Assembly (NCBI GenBank): GCA_964454145.1
Contig: CAYVQK010000001.1
Span: 1 to 58,479 of the forward strand
From: an uncultured Oceanicola sp.
GTDB lineage: Bacteria > Pseudomonadota > Alphaproteobacteria > Rhodobacterales > Rhodobacteraceae
Length of the DNA stretch: 58,479 nucleotides
Direction: 5' to 3'
The translations under genes were made by a program, and so were the position numbers. Every line of letters starts with the position of its first letter. Position 1 is the stretch's first letter. Below the pieces are notes generated by a model, which worked only from the letters and a program-made list of their open reading frames with translations, made no database searches and was not told the origin of the DNA. Of the stretch, positions 8,693 to 18,063 are shown piece by piece.

Positions 8693-9597
8693 TTTGCCTT
8701 CGGCGCGGTGATCAGGCCGTATTCCTGCGGCTCTCTGTGCTGGGCGAAATCGAAAATGTTGCGGCGGATCTCCAGGCAGCGGTCGAGGTCGACCGGCGCA
8801 GTGATTACCTCGTCTCCCAGGGTGGCCGCCCGGGCCACGATCTCGCCCGTGGGGGCGACGATGAGGCTGCCGCCGATCAGGTCGCAGCCTTCCTCGCACC
8901 CGGCCTTCGCGGCGGCAAGCGCCCAGAGCCCGTTCTGGTAGCAGCCGGCCTGGATCGAGAGCGCATTGTGGAAGTATTGCAGGTGGTCGTGTTCCGGCGC
9001 GGGCGGGTAATGCAGCGGCGTGTTGTAGCCAAGCGCCACCAGTTCGGCGCCCTTCAGCCCGAGCATCCGCCAGGTCTCGGGCCAGCGCCTGTCGTTGCAG
9101 ATGCACATGCCGAGTTTTCCGCCGAGCCCGTCGAACACGCTGAAGCCGAGGTCGCCGGTTTCGAAGTAGCGTTTCTCGAGGTGCTGGAAGGGCCGCCAAT
9201 CCTCCGGCTCGCGGTGGCCGGGCAGGTGGATCTTGCGGTACTTGCCGATGATCCGGCCGCGGTCGACGAGGATCGCGGTGTTGAAGTGCCGGCCTTCCGG
9301 TGTCAGCTCGGCGTAGCCGAGGTGAAAGGCCATGCCGAGGCGCTCGGAGAGGTCGAAGAGCGGCTGGACGTCGGGGTTGGGCATGGCGGTCTCGAACCAC
9401 TGCTCCAGCGCCGCCCCTTCGAGCGGCCAGCGGGGGAAGAAGGTGGTGAGCGCCAGCTCGGGGAAGACGGTGAGGCTCGCCCCCCGTGCCTTGGCGTCCG
9501 CCATCATCGCGCAGAGCCGGGCGACCGCCGAAGTGCGGGGCTCGTCGCGTGCGATGGGGCCCATCTGCGCCACGGCGGCGACAAAGCTACGAGGCAT
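8689..9597 (-). CDS. N-carbamoyl-D-amino-acid amidohydrolase (nitrilase superfamily)
   Basis: Triad motifs FPELAL, YRKIHLPGH and ICNDRRWPE, plus HLEKRYF, characteristic of D-carbamoylases. Confidence 0.9.
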   Translation of the reverse strand: MPRSFVAAVAQMGPIARDEPRTSAVARLCAMMADAKARGASLTVFPELALTTFFPRWPLEGAALEQWFETAMPNPDVQPLFDLSERLGMAFHLGYAELTPEGRHFNTAILVDRGRIIGKYRKIHLPGHREPEDWRPFQHLEKRYFETGDLGFSVFDGLGGKLGMCICNDRRWPETWRMLGLKGAELVALGYNTPLHYPPAPEHDHLQYFHNALSIQAGCYQNGLWALAAAKAGCEEGCDLIGGSLIVAPTGEIVARAATLGDEVITAPVDLDRCLEIRRNIFDFAQHREPQEYGLITAPKAK

Positions 9598-10768
9598 CGG
9601 CGAGGCTTTCGGCTGGGCCGACGATCTGGCGGTAGAGTTCGGGGTCGGTGTCGCCCTCGGTCGAGAAGACCAGCACGCGCGAGCTGGCGTCGAGCCCGAG
9701 CGCCTTGCGCATCGTGGGGTCGGCGTGCAGGAGCACGATCAGCCCGGCCACGGCGGACTCCCCGGCGATGACGGGCGGATCGCCGGGCAGCGGATGGGCC
9801 AGCCGGCGCATCGCGCCCGGCACCAGCCCGTCGGGCACCGTGGCCACGCCGTCGGCATGATCCTTCAGGATTTCCCAGGCAAGCCGAGAGACCTCGCCAC
9901 AGGCGAGCCCGGCCTGCATCGTCTCCACTTCGCCCTCCGCCGGAGCGGGCGCGCCCTTGGCAAAGCTCCGGGCCCAGCAGGCGGCGCCCTCGGGGTCGGC
10001 CAGCACCACGCGCGGGCGCGCCGCACCCCACCGCCGCCTGGCGAGCGCCGCGACCGCCGCCGCCATGCCGCCCACGCCGGTTTGCAGGAAGATGTGGGTT
10101 GGCGGCTCGTGCAGTGCCTCGAAGGCCTCCGCGGCCATGATCTCGTAGCCCTGCATCACGTGGCGTGGCACGTCGAGATACCCCTCCCAGGAGGTGTCGG
10201 AGACAACATGCCAGCCGTCGCGCGCGGCTGTCTCCGCCGCGATGCGCACGCTGTCGTCATAGTCGCCCTTGACGCGGCGCACCTCGGCGCCGTAGCGGGC
10301 AATGGCGGCGCGGCGGCCCTCCGAGACGGTGGCGTGGATGAAGATCACCGCGCGGCAGCCGAAGCGTTGTGCGCCCCAGGCGACCGAGCGGCCATGGTTG
10401 CCATCGGTTGCGCAGGTCACCGTCACCTGCGCCGCCTCGGGGAGGCCTGTCGTGGCCTCTTCGACAGAGATCGCGCGGCCAGTCCGGTCCGAAAGCTCCC
10501 GGGCCAGAACCCGGGCCACGGCATAGGCGCCGCCAAGCGCCTTGAAGCTGCCGATACCGAAGCGACCGGCCTCGTCCTTGAGGTGGAGTGACGCCACACC
10601 GGCCTCGGCCGCCAGCCCGGGAAGCGCGACGAGCGGGGTGGGGGCGTAGCCCTGCCATGAAGACACGACTCGTCGCGCCTCGGCGAGCGCGGCATCGGAG
10701 AGGATGTCGTTCTGCGCCGTGGTCCAGGGCGCATCGGGACGGGCGAGGGGATTGGCGATCAGCTTCAT
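9587..10768 (-). CDS. dpaL: Diaminopropionate ammonia-lyase (PLP)
   Basis: LKDEAGRFGIGSFKALGG (PLP Lys), CATDGNHG, SDTSWEGY, MQGY, GESAVAG, TEGDTD. Confidence 0.9.
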   Translation of the reverse strand: MKLIANPLARPDAPWTTAQNDILSDAALAEARRVVSSWQGYAPTPLVALPGLAAEAGVASLHLKDEAGRFGIGSFKALGGAYAVARVLARELSDRTGRAISVEEATTGLPEAAQVTVTCATDGNHGRSVAWGAQRFGCRAVIFIHATVSEGRRAAIARYGAEVRRVKGDYDDSVRIAAETAARDGWHVVSDTSWEGYLDVPRHVMQGYEIMAAEAFEALHEPPTHIFLQTGVGGMAAAVAALARRRWGAARPRVVLADPEGAACWARSFAKGAPAPAEGEVETMQAGLACGEVSRLAWEILKDHADGVATVPDGLVPGAMRRLAHPLPGDPPVIAGESAVAGLIVLLHADPTMRKALGLDASSRVLVFSTEGDTDPELYRQIVGPAESLADAS

Positions 10769-11226
10769 TTCACCGCGAGCATAGCATCAACTTCGACGGC
10801 TGCATTCACTGGAAGGCTCGACACGCACACTGCAGTGCGGGCATGCCGCCCGGCCTCGCCGAAGAGCTCGATGAAGAGCCGGGAGGCGCCGTCGATCACC
10901 GCGGGGCCGGTGCGGTAGCCCGGCACGGCGTTGACGAAGCCGCCAAGCCGCAGCACCTGCTCCACCCGGTCGAGCGAGCCGAGCGCCTCGCGGGCACAAA
11001 ACAGCAGGTTAAGCGCGCAGAGTTCCGCTGCCTTCTGGGCTTCCTCCATCGGCGTCTCTTCGGTGATCGGGCCGAAGTGGCGTGGCTCGCCGTTCCACTC
11101 GCAGATCTGGCCGGAGAGGATGAGGAGGCCGTTCCATAGCCGGTATTTCACGAAGGAGGCGCGGGGCGGGCAGTCGGGCGGGAGCTCTAGCCCGAGGGCG
11201 GCGAGCCTTTCTTCCGGGGTGCTCAT
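10765..11226 (-). CDS. RidA/YjgF-family enamine/imine deaminase
   Basis: MSTPEERLAALGLELP..LSGQ..GRHARTAV..LPVNAAVEVD; ATG at 11226. Confidence 0.9.
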   Translation of the reverse strand: MSTPEERLAALGLELPPDCPPRASFVKYRLWNGLLILSGQICEWNGEPRHFGPITEETPMEEAQKAAELCALNLLFCAREALGSLDRVEQVLRLGGFVNAVPGYRTGPAVIDGASRLFIELFGEAGRHARTAVCVSSLPVNAAVEVDAMLAVK

Positions 11227-12374
11227 GCGGGGACCGTGGTGAAGGCGATTGCGTGTTCGATCAGGGCGAGGTCGCTGCCCGGCGGGCCGATCAGCGAGAG
11301 GGCGACAGGCACGCCGTGGAGCGAGGTCGCCGGGAAGACGACCTGCGGCAGGCCGGCGATGCCCGCGATGCAGAGCAGTTTTCGCGCCTCCGCCGCGTAG
11401 GCCAGAAGCTCCGGCACGGGCAGGGCGGCGCGGGGTGGCAGGTCGTGCACCACGGGGGCGAGCACCGCGCGCCCGGCGAGGCGATCGAGGATTGCCGCGG
11501 TCATCCGCTCGCGGTCCATCCGTGCCGCGGCCTCCTGCTCCGCTGTCACGGTGAGCGCCTTTTCGTAGCGGGCGCGGATGAACTCGGAGAGCGGCGGGCG
11601 GAAGGCGTCTATCCATGCGCCATGCTGGGCGACGACTTCGCGTGACTGGATGACGTCGAAGATGTCGTGCATCCGCTGCGGGTCATCGACGAAGAGATCG
11701 ACCGTGCCATCCGCCCCTGCAAGGGCGGGCTCCAGCGCAAGGCGCACCTCGGGCACGACGGCGGCCATCATGTCGCTGGCAAGCGGCACGCCCTTGCTCA
11801 GTGCGCCACCCTCCTCGCCCAGCAGCGCCCTCGCGGCCAGCAGCAGCGTGGCCCCGTCGCGGGCGAAGAGCCCGCAGGTGTCGAAGCTCGGCACCAGAGG
11901 CATGCAGCCTTCCAGCGGCGCGCGGCCCCATGTCGGGCGCAGGCCCCATGTGCCGCAGAAGGCCGCGGGTGCTCGCACCGAGCCGCCGGTGTCGGTGCCG
12001 AGCGCGATGTCGGCAAGACCGGCGGCCACGGCTGCGGCGGAGCCGGAGGAGGAGCCACCGCTCACCCGATCCGGGGCCGCGGGGTTCACCACCGCACCGA
12101 AATGCGGGTTGTTGCCGATGAGCGACCAGGCGAGTTCGTCGGTCTGCGCCTTTCCGGCGAAGCTGGCGCCCGCGTCCAGCAGACGCGCGACGGCGGGCGC
12201 GTGGGCCGAGGCGACGGGGCTCTGCGCCAGCTTGATCGGGTTGCCACAGCTGGTGCGATAGCCCGCCACGTCGAACAGGTCTTTCACCGCGAGGCGCAGG
12301 CCCTCGAGCGGGCCTTGGCCCGAGGCCACCGGCACCGCAGGGTAGGGCATGAAGGCACGCCACGGGTCGCTCAC
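11223..12374 (-). CDS. Amidase-signature family amidase
   Basis: Lys-cisSer-Ser triad in AVKDLF, GGSSSGS and GTDTGGSVR; GTG start coupled to the upstream stop. Confidence 0.9.
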   Translation of the reverse strand: MSDPWRAFMPYPAVPVASGQGPLEGLRLAVKDLFDVAGYRTSCGNPIKLAQSPVASAHAPAVARLLDAGASFAGKAQTDELAWSLIGNNPHFGAVVNPAAPDRVSGGSSSGSAAAVAAGLADIALGTDTGGSVRAPAAFCGTWGLRPTWGRAPLEGCMPLVPSFDTCGLFARDGATLLLAARALLGEEGGALSKGVPLASDMMAAVVPEVRLALEPALAGADGTVDLFVDDPQRMHDIFDVIQSREVVAQHGAWIDAFRPPLSEFIRARYEKALTVTAEQEAAARMDRERMTAAILDRLAGRAVLAPVVHDLPPRAALPVPELLAYAAEARKLLCIAGIAGLPQVVFPATSLHGVPVALSLIGPPGSDLALIEHAIAFTTVPA

Positions 12375-13342
12375 AGCGCGACCTCCGGCTCCAGCACGCA
12401 GGCCACGCGCCGGCCCGGACCGGGCCTCTGCACCGGGGGCAGGGCGGCGCGGCACTCGGGTCGCACCGAGGGGCAGCGCGGCGCGAAGGGGCAGCTCGTG
12501 GGCGGCTCCTCAAGCGTGGGCGGCGCACCCGGGATGGCATCGAGACGCGAGCCCTTGACCGCGCCATGCAGGTTGGCCGCGAGCAGGCCCCTGGTGTAGG
12601 GGTGGCGCGGATCCTTCATGATCTCGCCGATGGTGCCGGTTTCGACGATGGTGCCGGCGTACATCACCGCCACGCGGTCGGCGATCTCGACGGCGACGCC
12701 GATGTCATGGGTCACGAAGATGACCGACATGCCCATCTCCTTCTGCAGCGCCCTGAGCAGCAGCAGAACCTGCATCTGCACCGTGGCATCCAGCGCCGTG
12801 GTCGGCTCGTCGGCCAGCAGGAGCTTCGGGCTGCAGGAGAGCGCCAGCGCGATCATCGCCCGCTGCCGCATCCCGCCGGACATCTCGTGGGGGTAGTTCT
12901 TCAGCCGCCGCTCGGGGGAGGGGATGCGCACCTTCTGCAGCATCTCCAGCGCCCGGTTCATCGCCTGCGTCCGGTTGAGGCCCTCGTGGCGCATCACCGT
13001 TTCGGCGATCTGTGCGCCGATGGTGTATACAGGGTCCAGCGCCAGCGCCGGATCCTGGAAGATCATTGCCACTTCGCCGCCGCGGAAGTCGGCCAGCGCC
13101 TTGCCCTTCAGCGCCAATGCATCCTGCCCGTCGAAGCGGATCGACCCGCCGATCTTGGTGCGCTTGGAGGGCAGGAGCTGCATGATCGCCTTCAGCGTCA
13201 CGCTCTTGCCCGAGCCGCTCTCCCCGAGGAGCGCCAGCACCTCGCCCTTCTCGACCGACAGGCTCACGCCATTCACCGCGTGCACGCCCTTGGCGCGGCC
13301 GAAGCGGACGGTGAGGTCTTGCAACTCGACCAGCGCGCTCAT
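12371..13342 (-). CDS. Dpp/Opp ABC ATPase (DppD-like)
   Basis: [25 protein letters not shown]-terminal CPFAPRC motif. Confidence 0.93.
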   Translation of the reverse strand: MSALVELQDLTVRFGRAKGVHAVNGVSLSVEKGEVLALLGESGSGKSVTLKAIMQLLPSKRTKIGGSIRFDGQDALALKGKALADFRGGEVAMIFQDPALALDPVYTIGAQIAETVMRHEGLNRTQAMNRALEMLQKVRIPSPERRLKNYPHEMSGGMRQRAMIALALSCSPKLLLADEPTTALDATVQMQVLLLLRALQKEMGMSVIFVTHDIGVAVEIADRVAVMYAGTIVETGTIGEIMKDPRHPYTRGLLAANLHGAVKGSRLDAIPGAPPTLEEPPTSCPFAPRCPSVRPECRAALPPVQRPGPGRRVACVLEPEVAL

Positions 13343-14367
13343 GCCGCGGCCTTTCCGTGGCCCGAGGTGGCATCGCGCATGTGGCAGGCCACCTGGTGGC
13401 CTTCGCCCATGGTCACGGCGCGCGGCTTTCTCGAGGCGCAGACCTCCTCGGCGAAGGGGCAGCGGGTGTGGAAGCGGCAGCCCGAGGGCGGGTCGATCGG
13501 GTTGGGCGGATCGCCCGCGAGCGGCGGCACCGCGGTGCGCGCGTCGGGGTCCATCGAGGGCATCGCCGAGAAGAGGGCGGCGGTGTAGGGGTGCGCCTGC
13601 CGCTCGTAGAGCGCCTCGGCCGGGCCCATCTCGACCACCTCGCCGAGGTACATCACCATCAGCCGGTCGGAGATGAAGCGCACCACGTTGAGGTCGTGGC
13701 TGATGAACATGTAGGTGAGGTCGAAATCCTTGCGCAGATCGGCGAGCAGGTTGAGCACCTGTGCCTCCACCGACTTGTCGAGCGCCGAGACCGCCTCGTC
13801 GAGGATCACCAGACGGGGGCGCATGGCCAGCGCACGACCGATGTTGACCCGCTGGCGCTGGCCACCCGACAGCTCGTGCGGGTAGCGCTCGGCGAAGCGG
13901 GCGGGGTCGAGGCCGATGCGGTCGAGCAGGTCGCGGGCGATGCGCCGGGCCTCGGCGGCATCGACGCCGTTCACCTTGGGACCGAAGGCGATGCTCTCCT
14001 CGATGGTCAGGCGCGGGTTGAGCGAGGCAAAGCTGTCCTGGAACACCATCTGCACGCCACGGCGCAGGTCGCGCAGCGAAAGCTCCTCGTCCAGTTGCTG
14101 GCCGTCGTAGATGATCTTGCCCGCGGTCAGCTCGGTCAGACCGACGAGGAGGCGCGCGCAGGTGGACTTGCCGCAACCCGACTCGCCCACCACGCCCAGT
14201 GTCTCGCCCTTGGCGATCTCAAAGTTCACCCCGTCGACGGCGCGCACGACCTTCCTGGGCTGGAACGGCGCGGCGCGCACCGGGAAGTGGCAGGTGAGGT
14301 CGCGGGCGGTGATGAGCGGCTGGCGCGGGCCGCCCTTGTCGGCGAGGCCCAGCTTACTGTCGGACAT
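13339..14367 (-). CDS. Dpp/Opp ABC ATPase (DppF-like)
   Basis: [24 protein letters not shown]. Confidence 0.93.
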   Translation of the reverse strand: MSDSKLGLADKGGPRQPLITARDLTCHFPVRAAPFQPRKVVRAVDGVNFEIAKGETLGVVGESGCGKSTCARLLVGLTELTAGKIIYDGQQLDEELSLRDLRRGVQMVFQDSFASLNPRLTIEESIAFGPKVNGVDAAEARRIARDLLDRIGLDPARFAERYPHELSGGQRQRVNIGRALAMRPRLVILDEAVSALDKSVEAQVLNLLADLRKDFDLTYMFISHDLNVVRFISDRLMVMYLGEVVEMGPAEALYERQAHPYTAALFSAMPSMDPDARTAVPPLAGDPPNPIDPPSGCRFHTRCPFAEEVCASRKPRAVTMGEGHQVACHMRDATSGHGKAAA

Positions 14368-15244
14368 TCATCGCACTCCTCAATCCGTCGCTGAACAGGT
14401 TCAGGGCCAGCGAGGTGATGAAGATCATCACGCCGGGCAGGGCGGCGACCCATGGGTTGACGTAGATCGCGGTGCGGAGGGTGTTCAGCATCAGGCCCCA
14501 TTCCGGTTCGGGCGGCTTCACGCCCAGACCCAGGAACGACAAGCCCGCCGCGATGATCATGCAGACGCTGGTGAGCGATGTCGCGTAGACGAAGATCGGG
14601 CCCATCACGTTGCCCAGCACGTGCACCCGGACGATGGTGAAATCGCCCGCTCCGGTGGCCCGGGCCGCATCGACGTAATCGAGCTTGCGCACCGAGGCGG
14701 TGACGCTCTCGGCCACCCGGGTGATCGGCGGGATGAAGACGATGGTGAGCGACACCAGAGAGTTCACGATGCCCGCCCCGAGCGCGCCGGAGATGGCGAT
14801 GGCGAGCAGCACCGAGGGGAATGCGAAGAACACGTCGACGGTGCGCATGATGACGGTGTTCGCCCAGCCGCCCACGTAGCCCGCGATCAGCCCCAGCGTG
14901 GTGCCGATGAGGAAGGCCATGACCACCGGGGTGATGCCCAGAAACAGCGTGAGCCGCCCGCCATGGATGAGCCGCGCGAGCATGTCGCGCCCGAGTTCGT
15001 CGGTGCCGAGCGGGTGGCCCTCGGTGCCGATGGCCTTCAGGCGGTTGACCATGGAGCCCTGGTAGGGGTCCGCGAGGCCGAGGTAGGGCGCGAATATTGC
15101 GGAGAGGATCAGCAGCGCCAGCACCGCGGCGCAGGCGAGGGCCACCGGGTCACGGCGCAGGCGGCGCCATACGCCTGTCCAGTATCCGCCGGTCGAGGGC
15201 GCCGGGGCCTCGGCGGCCAGGGAGGGCTGTGCAGCGTCGGTCAT
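14354..15244 (-). CDS. Dpp/Opp ABC permease (DppC-like)
   Basis: [24 protein letters not shown]. Confidence 0.93.
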   Translation of the reverse strand: MTDAAQPSLAAEAPAPSTGGYWTGVWRRLRRDPVALACAAVLALLILSAIFAPYLGLADPYQGSMVNRLKAIGTEGHPLGTDELGRDMLARLIHGGRLTLFLGITPVVMAFLIGTTLGLIAGYVGGWANTVIMRTVDVFFAFPSVLLAIAISGALGAGIVNSLVSLTIVFIPPITRVAESVTASVRKLDYVDAARATGAGDFTIVRVHVLGNVMGPIFVYATSLTSVCMIIAAGLSFLGLGVKPPEPEWGLMLNTLRTAIYVNPWVAALPGVMIFITSLALNLFSDGLRSAMNVRQ

Positions 15245-16194
15245 GCGCGCGAGATCCTCGGGTCGATGAGCGATTGCAGCAGGTCCACCAGCAGGTTCAG
15301 CGTGACGAAGAACATCGCCAGCACAAGGATCGTGCCCTGCAGCATCGGCAGGTCGCGCTGCAGGATGGCGACCGAAAGCAGGTAGCCCGATCCGGGCCAG
15401 TTGAAGACGGTCTCGATCAGGATCGAGCCACCGAGCAGATAGCCCAGCTGGAGGCCGATCACCGAGAGCGCGGTGGGGGCGGCGTTGCGGGCGACATGGG
15501 CGAGGATGCCGACACTGGTCATCCCCTTGGCCTCGAGCGCCTGCACGAAATCCTGGTCGAGGATGTCGGCCACCAGTGCCCGCGTGGTGCGCATCACGAT
15601 GCCCATGGGCACCACGGCCAAGGTGACGGCGGGCAGGATGAGGTGGCGGATATGGGCCCAATCCCAGGCCCATTCGCCGGATCCGCCTGGGCCAGCGCCC
15701 ATCGAGGGCAGCCATCCGAGCGAGACCGAGAAGATGATCACCAGAACCATCCCGAGCCAGTAGTTGGGCGTCGATACGCCGCCGATGGCGATGGCGGTGA
15801 TCGCGCGGTCCCAGATGGTGTCGTTCAGGTAGCCGGCGAGAAAGCCGAAGAGCAGCCCGAGCGGAAAGCCGATGAGGCTGGCGGCGGCGGCCAGAAGGAG
15901 GGTGTTGGCGACGGCGCGGCCGACTTCGGTCGAAACTTCGCGGCCGGTCGCGATGGACTTGCCGAGATCGCCCTGCAGGGCGTTGCCGAGCCAGATGCCG
16001 AACTGCACCGGCAGCGGCTTGTCGAAACCGTAGGCCGCGCGCATCTCGGCCTCCTGCTCGGCAGTGGCGTCGATCGGCATGACGGCGACCAGCGGATCGC
16101 CCGGCGCGATGTGCACCAGCAGGAAGCAGATGAGGCTGACGCCGAGGGCCACGGGCACCACGTAGACCAGCCGTTGCAGAAGATATCCCAGCAT
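15241..16194 (-). CDS. Dpp/Opp ABC permease (DppB-like)
   Basis: [30 protein letters not shown]. Confidence 0.93.
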   Translation of the reverse strand: MLGYLLQRLVYVVPVALGVSLICFLLVHIAPGDPLVAVMPIDATAEQEAEMRAAYGFDKPLPVQFGIWLGNALQGDLGKSIATGREVSTEVGRAVANTLLLAAAASLIGFPLGLLFGFLAGYLNDTIWDRAITAIAIGGVSTPNYWLGMVLVIIFSVSLGWLPSMGAGPGGSGEWAWDWAHIRHLILPAVTLAVVPMGIVMRTTRALVADILDQDFVQALEAKGMTSVGILAHVARNAAPTALSVIGLQLGYLLGGSILIETVFNWPGSGYLLSVAILQRDLPMLQGTILVLAMFFVTLNLLVDLLQSLIDPRISRA

Positions 16195-16209
16195 GTCTTG
16201 GGCGAAGAT

Positions 16210-16233
16210 GCCGGCCCCGTTGCCGGGGCCGGC
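16210..16233. other. GC hairpin between the SBP and permease genes (mRNA stabiliser or partial terminator)
   Basis: GCCGGCCCC-N6-GGGGCCGGC. Confidence 0.5.
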
Positions 16234-16239
16234 CTCCCC

Positions 16240-17841
16240 TTACTCCATCGTGATGGTACCGAAGTTCTGGTACCAGTTCTGTGCCTGTACAAAGCCCTTG
16301 ACGGCCGGGCTCATCGCGCGCGGGGCCACGTCATGGGTGACGAAGAGGAAGAGCGCCTCGTTGACGAACTTCTCGTGGGTCGCCTGGAGCACCTTGGTCT
16401 GCTCCTCGGGGTCGAAGGTGGTGCGGATCTGCGCGAACAGCTCCTCCATCTCCGGGTCGCAGTAGTGGCCCCAGTTGGTGCCGTTCGGCGCGATCAGGTC
16501 GCAGGAGAGGTGCCGGATCAGGCCGGTGAAGGGGTCCTGGATGAAGTAGGTGAAGTTGATCGAATGGGCGCCCTGGCTCGACTCGTCGGCTGCGCCGGCC
16601 CGCCAGATGTTGATCATGGTGTTCCACTCGACCACGACGAACTCCACGTCGATCCAGATCTCCGCGAGGTTCTGCTGGACGAACTCGTTCATCGGCAGCG
16701 GCAGCATCTGGCCGGAGCCCGAGGGCGAGATCAGCGCCTTCACCGCGAGGCGGTTGTCGGGGCCGAAGCCCGCTTCGGTCATCAGCGCCTTGGCGGCCTC
16801 GACATCATAGGTCACCTTGAACTCGGGAGTGCCAAACCAGGCGCTGCCCGGCGGCAGGAAGCCCTCGGCCGGCACCATCAGCCCGCCCAGCAGGGTCTTC
16901 ATGCCTTCGCGGTCGATGGCGAGGTTCGCGGCCTTGCGCACCTTCTCGTCATTCCAGGGCGAGCCTTCGATGCGCGAGAGGTGCCATGTCCAGTTGTGCG
17001 GCAGGGTGTTGGAGACGATCTGGAAGCCGTTGCCCTCGAGCGCCGGGATCACGTCGGGCGCGGGGGCCTCGATCCAGTCGACCTGGCCAGAGAGCAGCGC
17101 GGCGGAGCGTGCGTTGGGCTCTGGCAGCGGGATCAGCACCATCTTGTCGAGCTTCGGCACCCGGGTCTCATCCCAGTAGTCGGCGAAGGGCACCATCTCG
17201 GCGCGTTCCCGCGGCACGAAGCTCTCCAGCATCCAGGGGCCGGTGCCCGAGGGCTTCTCGGCCACCGCATCCCAGCTCTTGCCGAGAGCTTCCCAATTGG
17301 CGGGAGAGGACATCAGGATCCAGGCGAGCTGGTAGGGAAGCGTGGCGTCCGGCGTCTTGGTCACGATCTCGAGCGTGTAGGGGTCGACGGCCCTGTAGCT
17401 CGCCACCGCCGGGATCCGGCTCTTGCCCTGGGCGGACTGGCGCGGGTCGTATTGCTCGGAGGTTTCCACGAGCAGCTTGTCGAAGTTCCAGACGGCCGCA
17501 TCGGCGGTGAACTCCGAGCCGTCGTGGAACTTGGCGCCTTCGCGGATCTTGAAGGTCCAGGTGAGCTGATCCTCGCCCACGCTCCACTCTGTTGCAAGCC
17601 CCGGGATGAGGCCCGAGGGCTTGTCGGCCGAGGTGAGATCCCAGTTGATCAGCGCGTCGTAGACCGTGTAGCCCATGAAGCGCATGCCTTCGCCGCCCTG
17701 GTCGGTCTGGCCCGTGGTCAGCGGAATATCCGAAGCCGTCATGCCCACCCGAAGCGTCCCCTGGGCAAGCGAGGCACCCGCCATCAATGCAGTGGCCAGC
17801 GCCGCGGCGCAGACTTGTCTTAGTGCAATTCTCTTGATCAT
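16240..17841 (-). CDS. ABC substrate-binding protein, family 5 (peptide/nickel)
   Basis: Signal peptide from MIKRIALRQ (SD CAGGGG), PGLATEW..KFHDG, GTGPW. Confidence 0.92.
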   Translation of the reverse strand: MIKRIALRQVCAAALATALMAGASLAQGTLRVGMTASDIPLTTGQTDQGGEGMRFMGYTVYDALINWDLTSADKPSGLIPGLATEWSVGEDQLTWTFKIREGAKFHDGSEFTADAAVWNFDKLLVETSEQYDPRQSAQGKSRIPAVASYRAVDPYTLEIVTKTPDATLPYQLAWILMSSPANWEALGKSWDAVAEKPSGTGPWMLESFVPRERAEMVPFADYWDETRVPKLDKMVLIPLPEPNARSAALLSGQVDWIEAPAPDVIPALEGNGFQIVSNTLPHNWTWHLSRIEGSPWNDEKVRKAANLAIDREGMKTLLGGLMVPAEGFLPPGSAWFGTPEFKVTYDVEAAKALMTEAGFGPDNRLAVKALISPSGSGQMLPLPMNEFVQQNLAEIWIDVEFVVVEWNTMINIWRAGAADESSQGAHSINFTYFIQDPFTGLIRHLSCDLIAPNGTNWGHYCDPEMEELFAQIRTTFDPEEQTKVLQATHEKFVNEALFLFVTHDVAPRAMSPAVKGFVQAQNWYQNFGTITME

Positions 17842-17970
17842 CCCCTGATCCCCCGTTGTCGTGTGTCCCAAGGCGTGATGCCTCCGGCGCGTTTGCAGGG
17901 GTATTCTGGAGGTCAACCGCGGAGCAGGATGAATAGGGAGGCCGAAGTTGGGGCGGGCCGCGGCGCCCTC

Positions 17971-18018
17971 TGCGTTCAGATTGGGCGCACTGTGGGGGTG
18001 GTGCCTAAATAACGGCCG
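17971..18018. promoter_or_regulatory. Tandem NtrC-like boxes upstream of the Dpp-dpaL operon
   Basis: TGCGT-N7-GGGCG (17971-17987) and TGCCT-N7-GGCCG (18002-18018), 31 bp apart, the same architecture as 3688-3735. Confidence 0.5.
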
Positions 18019-18063
18019 CTGCTTGGGCCGCCCGGCGCCCGACCGGGCGCGGCAGTGGCGGCC

